Assembly: GCA_964200185.2 (NCBI GenBank)
Contig: CAXNAD020000006.1
Location: 1 to 59,947, forward strand
Direction of reading: 5' to 3'
DNA from: Choristocarpus tenellus KU-1152
Lineage: Eukaryota > Protista > Phaeophyceae
DNA: 59,947 bases
Numbering within the stretch: position 1 is the stretch's first letter; each line of letters opens with the position of its first letter. A model generated the notes under the pieces. It was not told the origin of the DNA. It was given only the letters and a program-made list of their open reading frames with translations, and searched no databases. This document shows positions 54,101 to 59,947 of the stretch, in pieces. Both the position numbers and the translations under genes were made by a program.

Positions 54101-57100
54101 AAGCATGTACCTGGTCATTCTTATTTTGTGGTTATGTCTTCAATAGTAATGCACTGAAGGCACCTGGATTTTTTTCGATGATACTTTGTTTCTACTTACA
54201 CTGGCATTGCCTATGAGTAGAACCCATATGGTTGCCATGATGTTACTCAACCATCCCCTCTATATGATATCAATGCCATTTCTCTGCATTGTTCAAGTAT
54301 GCCCCTCTGCTTCAAGTACCTTACTACCTCACCCACAATTGATTTATGTGTCTCCCTATGATGATGGTCTATCTTGATATGTGACAGGGGAACAAGGAAA
54401 AGCTTGAAGCTGAGGTGGAGCAAGCCTATGTTGATGATCGCTCTCAGACCCGTGCCGCCTTCTTATCGGCGGTCAAGGTCCTTAAAGGGCTTAGTTCAAC
54501 AGACTGGTTCATTTTGCGTAACTACAATCAGCCTCCACCAACACTTACTACCCTGATGTCTGCTGTGTGCACTCTCATGATGGTCAAGGACAACTGGAAA
54601 AGTGCCCGAAACTTGCTTGCGACCTCTGTTCAGAACATGCAGGTAATCAATCTAAGGGTTATATGAACAAGAAGTTTCTTATTGCTGAACTCCAGCTTTT
54701 TAACAAACCAGTGCATATCAGGATATTGAGAAAGATGTGAAGCCTTTTACGTTTTTTGCAACTGATATATACTACGCCTGAGTCAAATGGTGGTTGAAAT
54801 TGACCAATGAAATCAGATCATGTGGTCAAAGCCTTCTAGACAGATCAAGCATAAAACCCCAATTTTAACTTTGATCCTTGTTTGACTTGCCTGCATTGGA
54901 ATTTTCACCACTTTCAAATATAAGGACGGGGATGAGGAGGCTCTACATTGCTCCTACGATTGTAAGCTGATCTACCGCCTTGAAAATGAGTTCAACCCCT
55001 ACAGTCGCTGTGATGCAGCGGAACTCATGCTCAAGCTAAGCATGTTTGTGATTGATCCACACTTCAAAAGTGACAGCTTCTTCCTGCGCACTTTTGGAAA
55101 AGCTGTTGGCCCACTGGTGGATGTTGTGGGCTCAGCCTATAACTACATTCTCAAGGCTGCGGAGTTGAAGCCTCGTGTGGTGATGACACAAGGATTGGCA
55201 TGGAAATAATCGCATTTTCATTAAAAATCTTTTGGTTAGATTGAGCTTAGTAGTATACTTGGATCTTGCTTGCTGAATCTGCATGCCATGGTCCAATGTT
55301 TATTTTTATCATGTGATGAAATACTACAATTCATTTTCTATATATGATGTGCATACCACTAAATTTACAGATATTTCTCTGTTGCCTGCCTGTGTCTGTT
55401 GTTGTGGATCAGAGCAAAGACTCTGTGAAGACTGAGAACAATCTTAGCTTGAGCTCTAGGACTTTCAAAAGCTTCATGCTAGTTACTGCTTAGACTCAAC
55501 AGATTCTCGCATCCTTAGATATGCTGACTTGATATCCTTGCCATGGCTTTGCTGTTTTCTGGGCACACCGCATGATATACCCGAATTGGTGGGGCAGCTG
55601 GCTGTCACTGGCCTTGCCAACAACATCAAACATACAAAAAATAGAATAGAACAGGAGAGGGAGATTGAGACTAGGTTTGAAAGGGCAACAGCAGAAAAAA
55701 TTTCAAGGGCCAATGCAGCAAGGCAGGACGAGGACAAAACAAGGGTGCATCTAGAGAAGCTTGAAGCACTCCTTGCAGAAGCCAAGGGACTTGTATCTGT
55801 CTATGTGGTGCGTGGTGTATGAACATAGCATTGGCCAAATTCGATGTATCAGTAGAGAGTAGGTTGTGCATACCCCTAGCTGGCTGTATGTTTAGAAATG
55901 CAATGTGCTTGACTGGCATCCAGGAAATATATCTTTTCTCCCTCCCATCCCTTCCTGTCCCTATTTAATATATTCTCAGAGTACCTGCAAATTTGGGTAG
56001 TTCCACATTTCCAAAAGTCACATTCTAGTCCATTCAAATTTGCAGTTTACCTATCAAAATCCAAGCTTGCATTTAATGATTTGATATGCCGTCAAAGTAC
56101 AGAGTAGCACCTCTACAACAACAAAAAAATCCCTTGTTACTCTTGCAAGCCTCCGAGAGGTGATCCTGATACTTACGAGGAGTTGGAGAATAACCTCAAC
56201 CGGGATCGCACTGAGATTGAGGTCGTCTTGGAGCTCATGTTCGATCAGCTTTCCTCAAATCTCATCAACTTTCACACAGAGGTTCCAGAGTTCAAGGCAA
56301 GCTGATCTGTTTTTGGCAGTGAGGGGCTATCCCTTTCTCAATGATACATGTTGATTGTACAATTGCATTGACTTTTTAATACAAATCTTCAACTGAGGAA
56401 TTGTCATCCTTTACTGAATGAAGACACTACAGAAAAATGTTCGTTGAATGCTAACCCATACTTTGTATTTTCTTGTATCCCACTAAGGGGACCAATCCTT
56501 CCGTCAAATTTACAGTGACTCAAGGGTGATCTCATGTTACCCCTTTTGTATGTAATTTGAGCTCAATTTTTCTTGATATGACAAAACAGAAGATCTAAAA
56601 AGTTTTCTTTCCATCCCTTACTTGAGTATCCACACATCTGCCTTAACCTTTCAGCAAGAAAAACTCACCATCTTTTCTCATTCCTATGTTTGTTGCATTA
56701 TCACTCCACCTGTTTTCAGCTGCAGGAATATATTTGCAGTCAGATAGAGGAGGCTCTAGCCAGCATGATCAAACGTGGGGAATACAACTATGTGGCTGGT
56801 AAAGCTGTATGCCGTGACAGTATGAGGGTAGGTTGCAAATCTTCATATTCAGTCTTCTCATATTACTACTCTAATTATCAGATTCACCCACAAATAAACA
56901 TGCGGGGTAGGAACGTAGGTACACCTCAAATGGCTGTAGTCCTGTTCATGATGACCTCATCTTTGGTATTCTGGACTTTGTACAGAGAGAGGTGGGGGAG
57001 GATACAGGGCAATTGGTGGAGTACATAACGAAGTCAATTCAAAAATGTTGACAAGAGGCAATTGTTGATCTTTCTCACCCACCACATTGTTGTTCAACTC

Positions 57101-59848
57101 CACCTGACAAAACAATTTGCATTGAACATAAACTGGTGTGTAGGATGTCTGTGCTAGTTTGACACCCTTTCAAAAAATATACTCCGGACTAACCCTAACC
57201 CTTATCTATTCTCCCCCACCTCATTATGTGACGTCTCCTAAGGTGGAGGAGGCCAAGAGGGATATACTGAAAGGCTGTGTGTACCAGATAAATGAGTGCT
57301 TACATAAGTCGCCCCCTTCAACATGTACCTGGATTAGCCTTGATGGTCAGCAGGTTGTATCTGCGCACATTAACGAGGTGACTCAAGAGTTGCTAGAACA
57401 CTTTATTGAAGCCAATCACACCATCCTTTGTCAATCCTTCATGGTGTCAGAGACTTTCACCCATATCTTGAGTCTTTTCTAGGTTACATAATTGACGTGA
57501 GATGTCCAAGTCAACCTTTCACCTTTGCTCCAAGTGGAACCCCCTTCCAAATGATGTGGTCCTTGATTGAGGCAGGTTCTGGACAAGGAGTGGGATGCAT
57601 ACTTGTCCCGGAATGCCCACGATGTGGCAGTTTCTAATTGGGAGCTAGCCTTCACAGGGGAAGGAGAGGCCGCCTACCAAGCATTATTGTCAATGACCAA
57701 TGATCTTGTTACAGGGGATAGGAAGGCGGAGGCAACTCTATGGCTTGATAGGTGAGGCTGTGACTGTCAGTTTTTATCATGACATTCCAAAGATAAGCTT
57801 CTTCGACATGAAAGAGGAGCGGCATAGGAGGAAGATGAACTGGAGGGAAACAAAAAATGGAGGATTTTTTTTTTCTATGCAGTCTATGTCACAATTTTAT
57901 TTTAGGAAAAACAAAAACCCTTGCAGCAGCAAGGGATATAACTGTCTTGTGCATTGACTCTTGTTCCTATGGCACCATTGTAGCAACCCAGATCAAGCAG
58001 CGGAGATGAGGTGGATGCTGTCACAGCAATTTGCAGATGGGTGGCCAGAAGATACTGCTCGGAGGTGCCTACAGGCAAGAAAACAAATTCTTGGGAGCAG
58101 TGCAAGATTAAGGACTGGGATTTGGCTTAACCTGTTGTGGCCACTGAAGTTTGATTAAACTTTATTCTCTCACCTTGAAGTTGATTAACATCCGGTGAAA
58201 GTTGGGCACTACAGTCAGTGTTTTGGCATAGGGGAGGTTAGCATACTTGCAACTCTGAAAGTACTGCAGAATATATCAACCATACACTGTGGCTGGCAGG
58301 TGTCCAGTAGCTACATGCACCAGGAGCTCCAGCTGCTATGTCAAAGCATCAGAAAACGATAGACTTGAGGAACTCAACAAATTTCAATGTCACCTTCCAC
58401 ACATTTTTTGGTCAGTTTGTGACATGTTTTTAGTTTTGAACCTGGAAAACATAGTGTAATATATCTGAAGAGGAAGTGTAATGGGCTCTCAGTAGTTATG
58501 ATCCTTGACCGTTGTGAAGTGAGTTGCTACAATCCTATAATGTCAGACTGGGACAAATTTGTGAAATTACATTGAAACAAAATATGTCGCTTGATAATGC
58601 TGCTCAAAACCTTACAACCCCCCCCAAAAAAGATGACGAAAACTACAGCTAAATGGTTTGATTTTGACAGGTGACCAAATATTTTCTGTTGGTTGGGTGA
58701 ATTAGGTTGGATGGCTTCCAAGCATTTGGTATCTGAGTGTGAAGTCGAATATTAGGGCAATGCCAATAGTCAATTGGTTGCATAGAGTTCCTTAAATATA
58801 TGTGTGTGCAAGTGTGGAAAGGTGCCAGCGTAATTTCTTGTGAAAAATAGTCTTTTTTAGTTTAAATAATGTTCAATCTTTTTTCACGCTTGAGCCAACA
58901 TAGTCCCTACCACCTACTAGATTTCTGTGTCTCTGCATTCTGGTGCCAGTTGGATGGACACTAATTCCAGGTGACATCAGCAATGACAAACTCCCTCTTC
59001 CATTACCTTCAGTCAAGGATACCACTATGATAGAAAATTGGCATGCAGAATATTGTATTGTAAGATTGACAAATATTAAGATCTTGGCCTTGTTTTGGTA
59101 TTAGGGTTACACTTCTTGCTCCACACAACCCGGCCATTTTTTTTTTAGTCAAGACAGACAACCCTAGACTCAACTGTAAATTTAAATTATCCACTTTTTT
59201 GTCATGATTGTTATATTGTATATTCAATCAAGTTGAAAGCAGAACGGTTTATTTGTCCCTCTGTATCTGGTAGAAATTAATAACAGTATAACCCTTGATT
59301 ATGTGCCACATACCTCTATGTTATATAACCATGGGCAGGTACTAGAGGGTAAGGAGCGAGATTACTCTCCTGACATGGTACTTCAAGCTGCCATGTGGCA
59401 AAATGTTCATTCAGAGGAGATAAGAGAAATCAGCAACATTCTCTGTGAAGAGAAAGCTAGCAAGTTCATGACAATGTGGAGTTCAGAAGAGGAGGTGAGA
59501 AAAGATCAGTGAAGCGCGATGTGGTAGAATGAGACCTTTCACACAGAAAATACAGGTGTGCTAGAGGAGGGTGTGACATTTCAGAATTTTTAGGAACTTC
59601 CCTCTCACAACTAATCAACAAAAAATCAAGGTGAAGACAAGAATTTGCATGGAAATATATTCACTCCCAAATTGCATTATCCTTGTTTGTAATGATATGC
59701 AGGCAGCGCAAAAAGTTATTGAAATTCGAGAGAGCAATGACGTAATCCAAAAGTCATATGCTGAGGCATGGGCCTCATTCCACGTAATTGCCATGACCAA
59801 AGTGGAGGCAGCAATTGCTGCAAGAAGGGCTGATATGTTCGAGGAAAG
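16091..59848 (+). CDS. Giant multi-exon, multi-domain protein (LRR, Sfi1-like, IQ, C2, discoidin-like, Ig-like, MORN, dynein-stalk-like); 3' end lies beyond the window
   Basis: Hand-chained exons with matching phase: 16091-18172, 18943-19530, 20102-20377, 21541-21654, 22259-22404, 23108-23192, 23448-23546, 24098-24363, 24679-24862, 25316-25426, 25768-25912, 26284-26506, 26986-27172, 27562-27666, 27972-28108, 28325-28442, 28808-28971, 29285-29372, 29470-29542, 29649-29812(or 29731), 30121-30303, 30546-30700, 30900-31038, 31549-31639, 32223-32500, 33722-33885, 34211-34367, 34635-34772, 34971-35044, 35677-35841, 38112-38280, ~38525-38647, 38949-39095, 40862-40949, 41618-41736, 42132-42265, 43538-43663, 43968-44163, 44835-45005, 45508-45636, 45777-45870, 47127-47222, 47835-47968, 49473-49620, 49806-49930, 50749-50937, 51479-51661, 52935-~53069, 53948-54088, 54388-54642, 54925-~55179, 55598-~55792, 56150-56296, 56720-56827, 57243-57443, 57576-57751, 57984-58074, 59339-59494, 59703-59848. 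Several IQ motifs span junctions (e.g. AAMTIQ|GLVMR, TIIQ|AAVRG). A few junctions are unresolved and small exons may be missing. Confidence 0.8.
18943..23192 (+). CDS. Exons encoding Sfi1-like (centrin-binding type) repeats
   Basis: [18 protein letters not shown] and [18 protein letters not shown] fit A-X7-LL-X3-F/L-X2-WK with 34-aa Trp spacing; also AACFMAWK and LLRRTFLTW. Confidence 0.72.
24098..28442 (+). CDS. Exons encoding IQ calmodulin-binding motifs and a KOW-like motif
   Basis: [57 protein letters not shown]; [27 protein letters not shown] (26986-27172). Confidence 0.85.
30060..30084 (+). repeat. Short interstitial telomere-like tract (CCCTAA)n; others at 24623, 34463 and 57189
   Basis: AACCCTAACCCTAGCCCTAACCCTA. 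Confidence 0.7.
30121..32260 (+). CDS. Exons encoding one MORN-like repeat and a C2 domain
   Basis: YHGAW...PHGEGYAEF; [81 protein letters not shown]. Confidence 0.9.
31231..31483. repeat. Intronic minisatellite, 11 x 23 bp
   Basis: Unit (C/A)TGAACTAATCTTTACACATTGT, head to tail, no spacers. Confidence 0.97.
32261..38280 (+). CDS. Exons encoding a second IQ-motif cluster
   Basis: [79 protein letters not shown]. Confidence 0.87.
38525..41736 (+). CDS. Exons encoding an F5/8 type C (discoidin / galactose-binding-like) domain
   Basis: [79 protein letters not shown]. Confidence 0.72.
39166..39318. repeat. Degenerate ~30-40-bp tandem repeat: CAGACAAGAT anchor plus (TAT/TAC)n tail
   Basis: Five anchors (cagacaagat, cagacaatat, cagataagat, caaacaagat, cagacaagat) separated by variable triplet runs. 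Confidence 0.8.
42132..45636 (+). CDS. Exons encoding an Ig-like domain with inserted CxxC..CxxC and coiled coil
   Basis: [28 protein letters not shown], then CIHC..CGNC and a coiled coil, then [13 protein letters not shown]. Confidence 0.7.
45777..51661 (+). CDS. Exons encoding a MORN repeat array
   Basis: [86 protein letters not shown]. Confidence 0.92.
46498..46810 (-). mobile_element. Truncated mariner relic (3' end of transposase plus one TIR) in an intron
   Basis: TA|CTCCCCTCTGTCCCATAA Stowaway-type TIR; minus-strand [27 protein letters not shown] aligns with QSLFAVYREVLGSKGDNIFEIPH..CKLP of the 8549-9051 transposase. Confidence 0.78.
53455..53640 (-). pseudogene. secA: secA N-terminal fragment, probably plastid-derived (NUPT), inside an intron
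   Basis: [40 protein letters not shown], one frameshift, then [16 protein letters not shown]; matches the SecA pattern L.DEEL..KT..F...L..G.TLDD...EAFAV.RE...R.LG.RH.DVQLIGG. AT-rich codons. Confidence 0.85.
53948..55792 (+). CDS. Exons encoding coiled coil - dynein-stalk microtubule-binding-like domain - coiled coil
   Basis: [50 protein letters not shown] resembles the dynein heavy-chain stalk head pattern (AL..L...DI.E..SY..PP..V..VM.AVC.LL...W..A..LL); downstream [17 protein letters not shown] resembles L..WV.A...Y..V.P. Confidence 0.65.
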
Positions 59849-59947
59849 GTAAGGAAAACACTCTTTTTCAGACCATGAAGGGTGGGAGGAGGGAGGGGGT
59901 GGCATGGGTCAAGTCATTTTGATGTAATCATGACCGCATGAGAGAAG

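Overview
Eukaryotic nuclear DNA, most likely a photosynthetic stramenopile (brown alga or relative). This is inferred from intron density, (CCCTAA)n tracts, and a secA fragment of red-lineage plastid type. Bases 1-15.4 kb are a nest of decayed transposons: a Copia RT fragment, then a chromodomain-bearing Gypsy element (~1.6-8.4 kb) carrying a MITE. A Stowaway/plant-type mariner follows (8397-13518, TA TSD), split by an internally deleted Copia with both LTRs and a GACAT TSD (9052-12553). A second MITE copy (14727-15378) is split by a 388-bp TG..CA element with a CCGGA TSD. From 16091 past the window end lies what appears to be one giant plus-strand gene, about 59 exons and 3,700+ aa by hand-chaining of splice phases. 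Its order is LRR array, Sfi1-like repeats, IQ motifs, KOW-like, MORN, C2, IQ, discoidin-like, split Ig fold with inserted Zn ribbon and coiled coil, MORN array, dynein-stalk microtubule-binding-like domain. Its introns show about six GC donors, one possible GA donor, telomere-like tracts at branch-point distance, a secA relic, a mariner relic and minisatellites. All exon coordinates were read by eye and need RNA-seq confirmation.
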